From: an uncultured Planctomycetota bacterium
GTDB taxonomy: Bacteria; Planctomycetota; Planctomycetia; Isosphaerales; Isosphaeraceae
Length of the DNA: 64,000 nucleotides
Direction of reading: 5' to 3'
NCBI GenBank assembly: GCA_963737655.1
Contig: CAVTTN010000002.1
Span: forward strand, 7,200,001-7,264,000
The position numbers and the translations under genes are program-made. Every line of letters starts with the position of its first letter. Position 1 is the stretch's first letter. A model generated the notes under the pieces. That model searched no databases. It saw nothing but the letters and a program-made list of their open reading frames with translations, and was not told the origin of the DNA. Shown in pieces: positions 43,369 to 52,850 of the stretch.

Positions 43369-43748
43369 TCAAGGATGACCGGGATGGCTCGGATCGGCAA
43401 GGCGTTGTTGCGGAGGCGTGACCAGGGCATCGCAGGCCGTGGCTCTTCCCATCTCGGAGAGGACGTTCAGGATGCCTGGGTTGGAGCCGGCGTAGCGGAG
43501 CGCTCCGCAGCACGAGACGCCAATAGCCGCCAGGGCCTCGACGTGCTCGTCGAAGGTCTTCGGTTGGCGGAAGAAGAAGCAGGCGGGATACAGATCATCG
43601 TCCCGGTCATGGGCCATCAGCGAGGGGGCTTCTGCCGCGGGGCCCCGCAGGTGATGCACTCGTCTTGCACGACGTAGAACGGCCCCGGGGCGTTCTTCGG
43701 GTGGCGCGGGAAGTGCGGGGCATCCACGCGGATCTCCTTCGCGAGCAT
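43369..43748 (-). CDS. Ferredoxin-like protein, with an apparent frameshift near 43640
   Basis: The ATG at 43748 reads MLAKEIRVDAPHFPRHPKNAPGPFYVVQDECITCGAP; one added base continues into AEAPSLM...CFFFRQP...SCCGALRY...ACD. The ORF track does not show the N-terminus. Confidence 0.7.
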
Positions 43749-44183
43749 TCAATACATCTCGAACATTTGTTCCCCGCCGTGCTCGGGGTTGCCGATCAGG
43801 CGTTGGCCCTTCAAATCGACGACGAAATCGAGCATCTCCAGGGGGACCTGTCCGATCAGGGGAGGGCATTCGTCCGCGACCTCGGCGACCTCGATGATGC
43901 AATCGCGGTCCTGGACCGTCAGTCGGACGGCCTCGTAGATCCCGAATTCGAAGACCCCCGCTGGCGTCTTGGCCCGCTTGACTCTCGTCCTCTGGAGGCC
44001 CAGCCGGGAGATCAGGGACTTGGGGAGGGAAAGCATTGTTGCGCCCGTGTCCACCAAGGCGTTATCGATCTCGACACGCTTCACCGATTCCAGGCCGAGG
44101 ACCCCTCGTCTGGCGGCGAACAGGTCTTCCAGGTTCTCCACCTTCGCCGAAACGACGACCCGCCCCATCGTGACCAGCTCCAT
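43749..44183 (-). CDS. Clan AA (retropepsin-like) aspartic protease
   Basis: ALVDTGAT catalytic motif and LIGQVPLEMLDF C-terminal motif. Confidence 0.88.
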   Translation of the reverse strand: MELVTMGRVVVSAKVENLEDLFAARRGVLGLESVKRVEIDNALVDTGATMLSLPKSLISRLGLQRTRVKRAKTPAGVFEFGIYEAVRLTVQDRDCIIEVAEVADECPPLIGQVPLEMLDFVVDLKGQRLIGNPEHGGEQMFEMY

Positions 44184-44326
44184 CGCCCCCTCCGATCGGA
44201 TCGCTCGAATGGATCACCCTCCATCGTACCCGAGATCGGGACATGAAAACACCGAGAGGGCGGGCGCCTTCGTGGGGCGCCCGCCCTCTCGGTGAAGTGG
44301 AATGGGATCCTCGGTGGAGGACCGGC

Positions 44327-44614
44327 TTACATGGTCGTCTGGCGAGGGGAGACCGCGCGGACGATCCCGATCAGGATGCACGCGCCGAGGAAGGCGACGA
44401 AGGTGCTGCCCCAGAAGCCGTAGACGCCCCAGTCGAAGAACGAGACGACGAACCCGCCGACCGCGGCGCCGACCAGGCCCACGATGATGTCGCCGATGAT
44501 CCCGAAGCCGCCGCCCTTCATGACCATCCCGGCCAGGGCCCCGGCGATCAGGCCGACGACCAGCCACGCGATGAAGTTCCCGGGATCCAAGTGAAGTTGT
44601 GCATACAGGGCCAT
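44327..44614 (-). CDS. GlsB/YeaQ/YmgE (transglycosylase-associated) membrane protein
   Basis: IAWLVVGLIAGALAG...GIIGDIIVGLVGAAVGG...AFLGACIL. Confidence 0.9.
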   Translation of the reverse strand: MALYAQLHLDPGNFIAWLVVGLIAGALAGMVMKGGGFGIIGDIIVGLVGAAVGGFVVSFFDWGVYGFWGSTFVAFLGACILIGIVRAVSPRQTTM

Positions 44615-44693
44615 CTGTCCGCCCTCCCAATCACAAGAAGATCTGGATTGGCCGCCCCCGAACGATCAGGGGGCGTTCTGGAGGGAACATTGA

Positions 44694-44710
44694 TGCAATG
44701 GACGTGCCAA
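44694..44710 (-). promoter_or_regulatory. Sigma54 (-24/-12) promoter
   Basis: Minus strand TTGGCAC-gtcca-TTGCA, a consensus match 80 bp before the ATG at 44614. Confidence 0.72.
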
Positions 44711-44763
44711 GCCCGCGCGTTCGGCCTCGCGGTCGTCTCGGGCCCCTCGCCAGGGCCGATGTT

Positions 44764-45702
44764 TCAGCGGCGCTCGCCGGTGTCGAGCAGGACGCCCAGG
44801 GCGATGGCCATCCGGCGGTCGATCTCGTGGTCGTCGTCGTGGGTGAGGTCCAGGATGTAGCGATCGAAGAGGGTCCAGCGGCGGATGAACTCGCCGATCT
44901 TGACGTCGGTGCCGGGCCTCAAAATCACGAAATTGGTCCGGGAGAAGATCAGGGCGCCCAGCTCGCCGAAGTAGCGGCGGAACAGGGCCAGGAGCAGCGA
45001 ATCCTCGCGGGCGAGGACCAGCGGGGTGCCGTCGGGCGCCTGGGCCGTCCATTTCTTGCGGAGGACGTCGTAGAGGTAGTTCTTCTCGAACCGGCCGAGG
45101 ACGCCTTCTTCCGGGTCGATCACGGTATAGGTGGCGGTGATGAAGGCGACCTTCTTGTCTTGCTGGACCTCCAGCAGGAGCTCTTCCTCGCTTTCATCGG
45201 TATAGAAATAAATATGACGCTTGGCGGAAAGCCGGATGCCGACGACGAAGGCCACGAAGATCGCGCCGACGATGGCCAGGACGTAAGTGACGCCCGCCAG
45301 GACCTTGTTGCCGGTCTGGGTGTCGAAGAAGACGCCAAGGAGGCAGCCGGCGCTGGCGAGGACGACCCCTGCGAAGATCGCCCCGAGGAGCGCCCCGAGG
45401 TTGCGGAGGAAGTGGGCCGGGCGGACGATGTACATGATCGGCCGCCCTTCCTCGTCGTAGACGTGGTAGCGCTCGGAAATCGCGATCCGTTTCTGGTTGA
45501 CGAGGAACTTGTCACGGTCGAACGCGGGGTGGTAGCCGCGGTCGGGGTACCGGGTCTCGGGGAAGTCGTCGAGCGGGGGGCCGTCGAGTTCCGGGGCGAT
45601 CAGGATCATCCCGCAGTGCTTGCACTTCAGCTTCTTGCCGGCGAGCTCGTCGCGAAGCCGGTATTCGGACTGGCAGCCGTCGCAAACGACCTGGATCGGC
45701 AT
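44764..45702 (-). CDS. Zinc-ribbon + TM + LURP-one/scramblase-like protein
   Basis: MPIQVVCDGC...KCKHCG; two TM helices; C-terminal ...DRYILDL...IDRRMAIALGVLLD. Confidence 0.7.
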   Translation of the reverse strand: MPIQVVCDGCQSEYRLRDELAGKKLKCKHCGMILIAPELDGPPLDDFPETRYPDRGYHPAFDRDKFLVNQKRIAISERYHVYDEEGRPIMYIVRPAHFLRNLGALLGAIFAGVVLASAGCLLGVFFDTQTGNKVLAGVTYVLAIVGAIFVAFVVGIRLSAKRHIYFYTDESEEELLLEVQQDKKVAFITATYTVIDPEEGVLGRFEKNYLYDVLRKKWTAQAPDGTPLVLAREDSLLLALFRRYFGELGALIFSRTNFVILRPGTDVKIGEFIRRWTLFDRYILDLTHDDDHEIDRRMAIALGVLLDTGERR

Positions 45703-45848
45703 CGCTGGGGCCCGTCGCAAAGGGGAGGAGGAGGCCCGCCCGTCGGCGCGCCTCGAATGGCACGATCGTACCGATTTCGAGGGGAGGGGCAAGACTCGGG
45801 CGGCGGCACGGGCCGCGATCCCCGCCCCTCCCGACGCGGCTCGACGGG

Positions 45849-46921
45849 TCATCGCGAGCGGGAGGGCGTGACTTTCCTCCCGGCGAGGATCAGGGTGATC
45901 GGCTCCGCCGCCAGGCCGGCCCCCACGACGGCGGCGTCGATCGCCAGGAGGACGCCCGCTTGCCTCGCCAGCCCGGGGAACGCCACGGTGAGGAACAGGT
46001 GGGCCGACACCCCGAGCAAGAACGCCAGCAAGGCGTAGCCGAGGAACGAATCCGTCAGGCGGAACGGGCGGAACGGGCGGTCGGTCGGGTCGAGCTCCAG
46101 GGAGAACCGGCCCAGCGCGACCCGCAGCCTCAAATAGATCGCCATCTGCAGGGCGCACGTGATCAAGATCATGAACGTGTAGATCGTCGGGCCGAACCGG
46201 AGGATGTCGTCCCTGGCGAGGTCGATGGCGGCGCCGTCCTTCACCTGGCCGAGCCCGGAGAGGATCTCCAGGACCGAGAAGAGCATCAGGCCGACGAAAC
46301 CGAGCGATGCCAGCATGTCTTGATTGACGCCCTCGAGGCTCTCGGCGGTGTGGGCCTCCCACTCGTTGCGATCGAACGGGGCGCAGGGTTCGGACTCGAC
46401 CTTCTTCAGGGCGAAGGCGGCGGCCCCGTGGTGGAAGCGGAAATACAGGGCCAGCCAGCCGATCGAGACCGCCCCGCCCAGCCCGAGGGCCGCCAGGGGA
46501 GGCAGCCCCACCGCCAGGCCGAGGATCGCCGCCGAATTCCCCGCGATCGCGTCGACCAGGAGGAACTGGAAGAATGACGCGCCAGGAAGTTGTGCCGGGA
46601 GGCCCGGATCGGCGAGCGTCGGGGCAATCCCAGCTCCTGCGCCTCCATCAGTCGCGCGTACAGGACGCCGTTGAGCACCATCCCGCCGTGGAGCCGGGCC
46701 ATCCGGAGCGACAGGACGAGGCTCGTGGCCATCAAGATCAAGGCATAAAATGCGAATAAGTGCTCCTGGATCGCCGACAGGGCCGGCGGCAGGTTGCCCT
46801 GAAGCGCGTTCTGCAGGAAGATCCCCAGCCCGGCGAACACCGAGCCCAGGAGGGTGAGCATCTCCCTCCGGCGGTGGACGAGGCTGTTGAACTCTCGGGA
46901 GACGGTGGTAAAGTCGATCAT
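45849..46921 (-). CDS. Multi-TM hypothetical membrane protein, with an apparent frameshift near 46580
   Basis: Starts MIDFTTVSREF; one added G gives HNFLGASFFQFLLVDAIAG, joining ORF 45849..46511. Confidence 0.65.
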
Positions 46922-47073
46922 GGGGGACTCAACGGGTCCGTGGTCCGTTCGGGCGGCAACCGCGTCGTCCGGACGGCGGCTCACGAGGGATTCGCGTGGG
47001 GACCCCCGGGATTACGCCCGATTTCCCGTCGCAAAGCCAGGGCCTCGTCGGGGAATGGGACGACGGATCATTG

Positions 47074-48219
47074 ATGAGCATCATCGAAGCCAGAAACGTG
47101 GTCCTCGGCGCCGGGGCGATGGGCTCGGCCGCGGCGTATCGATTGGCGAGGCGAGGGGAGCCGGTCCTCCTGGTCGAGCAGTTCGCCGTGGGGCATGACC
47201 GCGGGAGCTCCCACGGGGCGGCGCGGATCACCCGCCATTCGTATGCGGACGTGAGGTATGCCCGGCTCATGCCCGAGGCATTTCGGGCGTGGAAGGAGCT
47301 GGAGGCCGACTCCGGCCTGGGCTTCTACGTGAGGACCGGCGGCCTGAGCGCCTGCCCGAACGGCGCGGATTACGTGGAGCAGGTCGCCGCGAGCCTCGCC
47401 GAGATCGGCTGCCCCCACCGGAGGATGACCGGCGCCGAGGTCCGCCGCGCGATGCCCGCCTTCGGGATCGCCGACGACGCCGACGCCGTGTTCGAGCCCG
47501 ATGCCGGGATGATCGCCGCGTCGAGGGCCGTGGAGGTCCAGGTCGAGCTGGCTCGCAGGCTCGGCGGTTCGAAGACGCGGGTGATCGAGAACGTGGGCGT
47601 CCGGGCGATCGACCTCGACGCCGACCGGCCGGCGCTCGTGACCGACTCCGGGACGATCGTCGCCGATCGGCTGATCGTCGCGGCGGGCGCCTGGACCGGC
47701 CGCCTGCTCCCGGGATTCGCCGAGAGGCTCCGTCCCGAGCGTCAGCAGGTCCTGTACGTCCGGCCCGACGACCCCGGGCCGTTCGCCGTCGGCCGGCTCC
47801 CCGTGTTCATCTTCAAGGGCGGCCCGGGGCAGAGGAGCTATTACGGGATGCCCGAGTTCCTCGCCCCCGGGATCAAGGTCGCGAGGGACGGGGGCGACGC
47901 CGTGGACCCGGACGCCGACGACCGGCGGGTCGGCCAGGCGTACATCGAGGAGGTCCGGGCCTTCCTCGCCGGGTTCCTGCCCGGCCTGGCCGCGGCACCC
48001 GTGGTCCGCACCGAGATCTGCAAATATACGATGGCGCCCGACGATGCGTTCGCGGTCGATTTCTTGCCCGGTCGTCGCGACGTGATCGTGGCCAGCCCGT
48101 GCAGCGGCCACGGGTTCAAGTTCTCGGCACTGATCGGGAAAGTGCTCGCCGACCTGGCCATCGACGGGAAAACCGACCTGGATTTGACCGCCTGGCGGAT
48201 CGCCGGGGGCGAGCCGTGA
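47074..48219 (+). CDS. solA: Monomeric sarcosine / N-methyltryptophan oxidase family
   Basis: VVLGAGAMGS FAD motif, GSSHGAARITR, CKYT and CSGHGFKF. Confidence 0.88.
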   Translation: MSIIEARNVVLGAGAMGSAAAYRLARRGEPVLLVEQFAVGHDRGSSHGAARITRHSYADVRYARLMPEAFRAWKELEADSGLGFYVRTGGLSACPNGADYVEQVAASLAEIGCPHRRMTGAEVRRAMPAFGIADDADAVFEPDAGMIAASRAVEVQVELARRLGGSKTRVIENVGVRAIDLDADRPALVTDSGTIVADRLIVAAGAWTGRLLPGFAERLRPERQQVLYVRPDDPGPFAVGRLPVFIFKGGPGQRSYYGMPEFLAPGIKVARDGGDAVDPDADDRRVGQAYIEEVRAFLAGFLPGLAAAPVVRTEICKYTMAPDDAFAVDFLPGRRDVIVASPCSGHGFKFSALIGKVLADLAIDGKTDLDLTAWRIAGGEP

Positions 48220-48650
48220 ACGAGGCCCCCGACACGCGGTTCCGCGTCCGTCTCCGCGCGATGCTCGGCCTGGTGGCGCTCGCTGCGGTCGGATTCGCGA
48301 TCTATTTCGTGTACTGGCCCCGATATGAATACTGGCGGCAGAACCGGAAGGTGCTGCCCGCGATGGAGATCGCCGTCCCGATGAGGTTCCCGAACGGGAC
48401 GAGCCTGGGGAGCCTCCTCAAGCACATCAAGCGGACCGCCGTGACGGCCGACCTGCCGACGGGCCCGCCGATTTACATCGATCCTCAGGCGCTCGCCGAC
48501 ACGAGGACGACGATGCTCTCGACCGTCACCATCGACCGGGCGGGCGCCCCCCTGAAGACCACCCTGGCGGAGGCGTTGAAGCCGTTGGGCCTGGCCTACA
48601 AGCTCGAAAACGGCCTGATCACCATCACGCGGGCGCAGGCCGGCCCGTAG
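48216..48650 (+). CDS. Membrane-anchored hypothetical protein with STN-like C-terminal domain
   Basis: GTG overlaps the solA stop (GTGA); RFRVRLRAMLGLV + TM; PLKTTLAEALKPLGLAYKLENGLITIT. Confidence 0.65.
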   Translation: MNEAPDTRFRVRLRAMLGLVALAAVGFAIYFVYWPRYEYWRQNRKVLPAMEIAVPMRFPNGTSLGSLLKHIKRTAVTADLPTGPPIYIDPQALADTRTTMLSTVTIDRAGAPLKTTLAEALKPLGLAYKLENGLITITRAQAGP

Positions 48651-48663
48651 ATGCCGGAGTTGT

Positions 48664-50088
48664 TCAGAACGTCCCGCCGTCGATCGGCCCGGCCATCGCG
48701 GCGAGGTTCTCGAACCTCATGATCCGGTTGAGGAACGTCAGGCTGACCGTCCCGGTCGCGCCGTTGCGGTTCTTGGCCACGATGCACTCGGCCATCCCGG
48801 GGCGGTCGCTCGGGTCGTAGTACTCGGGGCGGTGGAGCAGGAGGATCATGTCGGCGTCCTGCTCGATGGCGCCCGACTCGCGGAGGTCGGCCATCCGGGG
48901 TCGGCGGTCCTCGCGGTTCTCGACGCCTCGGTTGAGCTGCGACAGGGCGATCACCGGGACCTTGATCTCCCGGGCCAGCATCTTCAGGCGTCGGCTGATC
49001 TTGGCGATCTGCTCCTGGCGGCTGTCCCGGCCCTCGGGCGACTCGGTGTCGATCAACTGGATGTAATCGACGACGATCATGCCGATATTCTTCCTCTGCT
49101 TGAGCCTCCGCGCATTGCCGGCGATCTGGAGCATGTTCCTCGCCGGGGTGTCGTCGATGAACAGGGGGGCGCCCCGGAGGACCTCATACGCCTCGCCGAG
49201 CTGCCTCATCTCGCGATAGCCGAGCTTGTGCCCCTTGCGGAGGATGTCGCCGTCGACCCGCGACCGGGCGCTCAGGAGCCGCTCGGCCAGTTCGACCTGG
49301 CCCATTTCCAGGCTGACGAACAGGACGCCCGTTTGCATGTCCACGGCGGCATGTTCGCAGATGTTCAGCGCGAACGCGGTCTTGCCCATCGAGGGGCGGG
49401 CGGCCAGGATGATCAACTGGCCGGGCTGGAGGCCGGCGGTCATGTCGTCGAGCTCGAAGTAGCCGGTGCTCACGCCCCGGACGGCGTGCTTGTCGGTGGC
49501 CCGGAGCTCGATCCGGTTCATGGCCTCGGTCAGGATGTCGGTCAGGGCGACGGTCTCGCCGGTGACGTTTTCCTCGGCGATCGCGAAGATCCGCCGCTCG
49601 GCGTCTTCGAGGAGGCCGTTGGCCGTGAGCTCGTTGGCGTACCCCTCCTCGATGATCTCCCGGGCGCTGGCGATGATCTCGCGCTTGGTCGACTTCTCGC
49701 GGACGATCTGGGCGTGATACTTGGCGTTGGCCGCATGAGGGACGCGATTGACCAGCGCCTCGAGCGTCTCCGAGCCGCCGATGCGCTCGAATTCCCCCCG
49801 GCGGACGAGCTCCTCGTGGAGGAGGATCAGGTCGACCGGCTTGCCCGCGGAATACAGCTCGCGGATCGCGCCGAAGATCAGTTGGTGGTCGTCCCTCCAG
49901 AAGTCCTCGACCTTCAGGAGGGGGACGACGTCGTGCATGACCTCGTTGTCGATCAGGATGGCGCCCAGGACGCCCTGCTCGGCCTCGATGTTCTGGGGGG
50001 GGAGGCGGTCCTCCGGGAACGGGACGATCGTCGGCCGTTTCGGGCGGTCCGAACCTTTGCCTCCGGGATTGAAGGGCTGAGGGGGCAT
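48664..50088 (-). CDS. dnaB: Replicative DNA helicase
   Basis: PPQNIEAEQGVLG, AARPSMGKT, SLEM, VDYIQL, LSQLNR and DLRESGAIEQDAD; no intein. Confidence 0.98.
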   Translation of the reverse strand: MPPQPFNPGGKGSDRPKRPTIVPFPEDRLPPQNIEAEQGVLGAILIDNEVMHDVVPLLKVEDFWRDDHQLIFGAIRELYSAGKPVDLILLHEELVRRGEFERIGGSETLEALVNRVPHAANAKYHAQIVREKSTKREIIASAREIIEEGYANELTANGLLEDAERRIFAIAEENVTGETVALTDILTEAMNRIELRATDKHAVRGVSTGYFELDDMTAGLQPGQLIILAARPSMGKTAFALNICEHAAVDMQTGVLFVSLEMGQVELAERLLSARSRVDGDILRKGHKLGYREMRQLGEAYEVLRGAPLFIDDTPARNMLQIAGNARRLKQRKNIGMIVVDYIQLIDTESPEGRDSRQEQIAKISRRLKMLAREIKVPVIALSQLNRGVENREDRRPRMADLRESGAIEQDADMILLLHRPEYYDPSDRPGMAECIVAKNRNGATGTVSLTFLNRIMRFENLAAMAGPIDGGTF

Positions 50089-50252
50089 CGCCGAAGGGCC
50101 TCCGACCGTCCGTCGCCTCGGGACGGGTCCGGCTCGCGCGCACGGACGCGCCGCCGATCCTGCCGTACCTGTACAATGGTATCGGCTGACGGCGGCGAGT
50201 CACAAGAGGAAAAGCGGCGAGGCGGGACGGATTCGGGGGCGGTCCCGACGGT

Positions 50253-50900
50253 TCAGGCGGTCGGCTCGGGCGTATGGGTCGGGACGACCCAGAGCTTGAC
50301 CTCGGTGCTGACGTCCTGGCCGAGGTGGAGGGTGATGGTGTAGAGGCCCAGCTCCTTGAGCGGCCCCTCGATGCGGACCATCTCCTCGTCGATCGGCAGG
50401 TTGTCGGCGCGGAGGGCGGCGGCGATCTGATCGGCGTTGACCGAGCCGTAGAGGTGCCCCTCGGCGTTGGCGTTGGCCTCGATGGTGATGGACCTCTGGG
50501 CGATCTGGGCCCCGAGGTTCATCAGGTCGGCGCGCTTGGCCTCTTCGAGCTGGCGGAGGCGGGACCGATGCTTCTCGACGATCCGCAGGTTATGCGGGGT
50601 GGCGAAGGTGGCCAGGCCCTGGGGCAGCAGGTAGTTGCGAGCGAAGCCGGGGCGGACCTTCACGAGGTCGCCGGTCTGGCCGCAGTGGGGGACCGGGTGG
50701 GTCAGGATCACCTGCATGTGGCCGTCCTTGGCCCGAGTCGGGTGATTCTGCCGCCGCTCGACGCCCGGCTGGCGGACCGCCGCCACCACCGTCGAGGTCG
50801 GCCCGGCCTTCGCGGCCGCCTTGGCCTTGGCCCTCGCGCTGGTCTTGGCCTTGGGCTTCGCCTTGGCCGGCTTCTTGTCGGTCATCTTCGTGTGGGCCAT
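50253..50900 (-). CDS. rplI: 50S ribosomal protein L9 with Lys/Ala-rich N-terminal extension
   Basis: MQVILT...VKVRPGFARNYLLPQGLA, GHLYGSV and PLKELG. Confidence 0.95.
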   Translation of the reverse strand: MAHTKMTDKKPAKAKPKAKTSARAKAKAAAKAGPTSTVVAAVRQPGVERRQNHPTRAKDGHMQVILTHPVPHCGQTGDLVKVRPGFARNYLLPQGLATFATPHNLRIVEKHRSRLRQLEEAKRADLMNLGAQIAQRSITIEANANAEGHLYGSVNADQIAAALRADNLPIDEEMVRIEGPLKELGLYTITLHLGQDVSTEVKLWVVPTHTPEPTA

Positions 50901-51012
50901 GGTTCGCTCCGCAAGGCTCCGCTTGGCTTGAGGGGTCGGTGGTCCGTCGGCTGAGCGGCTCGGCTGGTGTTCACGGACCACGGACGACTGGACACGTTTC
51001 CGGGCATTCGGA

Positions 51013-51573
51013 TCAGAACGGGATATCGTCGTCGCCTTCGGGATCGGGCTGGGGGGCGGGTCGACGAGGCGGAGGGGACGAGGGATTGCCGTAGGGTCGG
51101 CCCGAACCCGAACCGGCGCCATTGGAGCCGCCGCCCGAGCGGGGCTCGGGGCGTCGCGAGGGCGGCTGATCGCGGGCCGGCGGAGGGGCGAAGTCGTCGT
51201 CGTGAGGGGACATCCCGCCGCCCCCTCCGGGTTCGTCGCGACGGCTGGAGAGGAACTGGACCCGCTCGGCCTCCACCTTCAGCTTCGATCGCTTCTCGCC
51301 GGTGTTCTTGTCGTCCCAGCTATCCATCTTCAGGTAGCCTTCGATGTGCACCGGCTGCCCCTTCTTGAGGTACTGGCAACAGGTCTCGGCCTGGCGGTTC
51401 CAGACCGTCACATCGATGAAGGTGACTTCCTCGCGGCGTTCGCCTTCCTTGGTCGTGAAGGCTCGGTTGGTGGCCAGTCCCAGGTCGGTCACGGCGCTGC
51501 CGTTGGTCGTGTACCGCAGTTCGGGATCGCGGGTGAGGTTGCCGATCAAGAAGACCTTGTTGACGCTCGCCAT
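51013..51573 (-). CDS. ssb: Single-stranded DNA-binding protein
   Basis: NKVFLIGNLTRDPELRYT and C-terminal DDDIPF. Confidence 0.97.
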   Translation of the reverse strand: MASVNKVFLIGNLTRDPELRYTTNGSAVTDLGLATNRAFTTKEGERREEVTFIDVTVWNRQAETCCQYLKKGQPVHIEGYLKMDSWDDKNTGEKRSKLKVEAERVQFLSSRRDEPGGGGGMSPHDDDFAPPPARDQPPSRRPEPRSGGGSNGAGSGSGRPYGNPSSPPPRRPAPQPDPEGDDDIPF

Positions 51574-51725
51574 CGCCAATCGCTCCCGGGGCCGTGGGCC
51601 CCTCGCGTCGCCCCGTCGCGGACGTAAACGGCTGTCCCCTAAGGGAAGCTACCACAACCCGAGGCTCGCGACAAGCGAAACGTCGGGCATGGTCTCCGGA
51701 GATCGACCGGAGGGGCGGTTCGCGA

Positions 51726-52136
51726 TCAGTCGTCGCGGCGGCGGCGACGGGGGCGGTCGTCCTGGTCTTCCTCGCGGCGTTCGCCGTCGCCTTCGTCGCC
51801 GGGCGTCGAGGTCATCGCCTGGTTGACCTGGAGGTCGGCGAGCTTGGGGTGGACCTTGAGGATCAGGTCGCGGAGGACCAGGTCGCTCAGCCGGCAATCG
51901 GCCTCGATCTCCTTGATGCTCTCGCCCGGGGCGCGGAAGAAGGTGAGCAGGTACGTGCCCTTCTTGTGCCCTTCGACGGGATAGGCGAGTCGGCGCTCGT
52001 CCCACTGGCGGCTGGCGACGATCTCGGCCTGGTGCTTGGCGAGGATGTCGTGGACGTGCTTGACCGACTCGTCCCAGTTGACGGCGACCTTCGCGCTATC
52101 CAGCAAGAACATCCCTTCATACGTATTGACGGGCAA
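51726..52136 (-). CDS. rpsF: 30S ribosomal protein S6
   Basis: YEGMFLL and WDERRLAYPV; TTG start after a GGAGG RBS. Confidence 0.95.
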   Translation of the reverse strand: MPVNTYEGMFLLDSAKVAVNWDESVKHVHDILAKHQAEIVASRQWDERRLAYPVEGHKKGTYLLTFFRAPGESIKEIEADCRLSDLVLRDLILKVHPKLADLQVNQAMTSTPGDEGDGERREEDQDDRPRRRRRDD

Positions 52137-52227
52137 GGCGGCCTCCGGGGTCTCTGGGCGTTCGGCGTTCAGCGATCAGACCGGGCGGGAATCCGGCAGG
52201 CCGAGGGCCCGCCCTAAAGAATCTTCT

Positions 52228-52797
52228 CTAACTCGGCCCGTTGAAACGATTCATGGCGGCTTCGACCCCCTGGGAGGCCCAGACGGCCACGGCCTGGGTC
52301 GCGGCGATCAGGGCGTCGTCGATCACCGGGCGTTCGGCCGATCGGAAGCGGGTCAGGACGAAGTCGGCGGCGTCGACCGGGCCCTTCTCGCCGATCCCCA
52401 CCCGGAGGCGGGGGAAGCCATCGGTCCCGAGCTGGGCGGCGATGTCTCGCAGTCCCTTCTGGCCTCCGTCGGACCCTCCGGCCCGGATTCGCAGCCTTCC
52501 CAGCGGCAGGTTCAAATCGTCGCAAACCACCAGCACGTCAGGCACTTCGATCTTGTAGAACTGGACCACCTGGCGGACGCTTCGGCCGCTCAGGTTCATG
52601 AACGTCTCGGGCTTCAGGAGCAGGACCCGGCGGAAATCGATCTCGGTCTCGGCCAGGAGGCCGTCGAACTTGCGGGAGAACGAGGCGCCCGGCCCTCCCC
52701 GGGCCAGGCGATCGACGACCTCGAAGCCGACGTTGTGTCGGGTGCCATCGTACTTCGAGCCGGGGTTCCCCAGGCCCACGAGGAGCTTCCTGGACAT
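52228..52797 (-). CDS. pth: Peptidyl-tRNA hydrolase
   Basis: LVGLGNPG, TRHNVGF, KPETFMNLSG and RLRVGIG. Confidence 0.96.
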   Translation of the reverse strand: MSRKLLVGLGNPGSKYDGTRHNVGFEVVDRLARGGPGASFSRKFDGLLAETEIDFRRVLLLKPETFMNLSGRSVRQVVQFYKIEVPDVLVVCDDLNLPLGRLRIRAGGSDGGQKGLRDIAAQLGTDGFPRLRVGIGEKGPVDAADFVLTRFRSAERPVIDDALIAATQAVAVWASQGVEAAMNRFNGPS

Positions 52798-52850
52798 GGG
52801 ATCGCGGGCCGTCTCGCGAGACCGAGGGTCCGGTCCGGGGCGGGACGACG

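Noticed and set aside
48664..50088. Intein in dnaB
   Set aside because: The length (474 aa) is normal and the motifs are contiguous.
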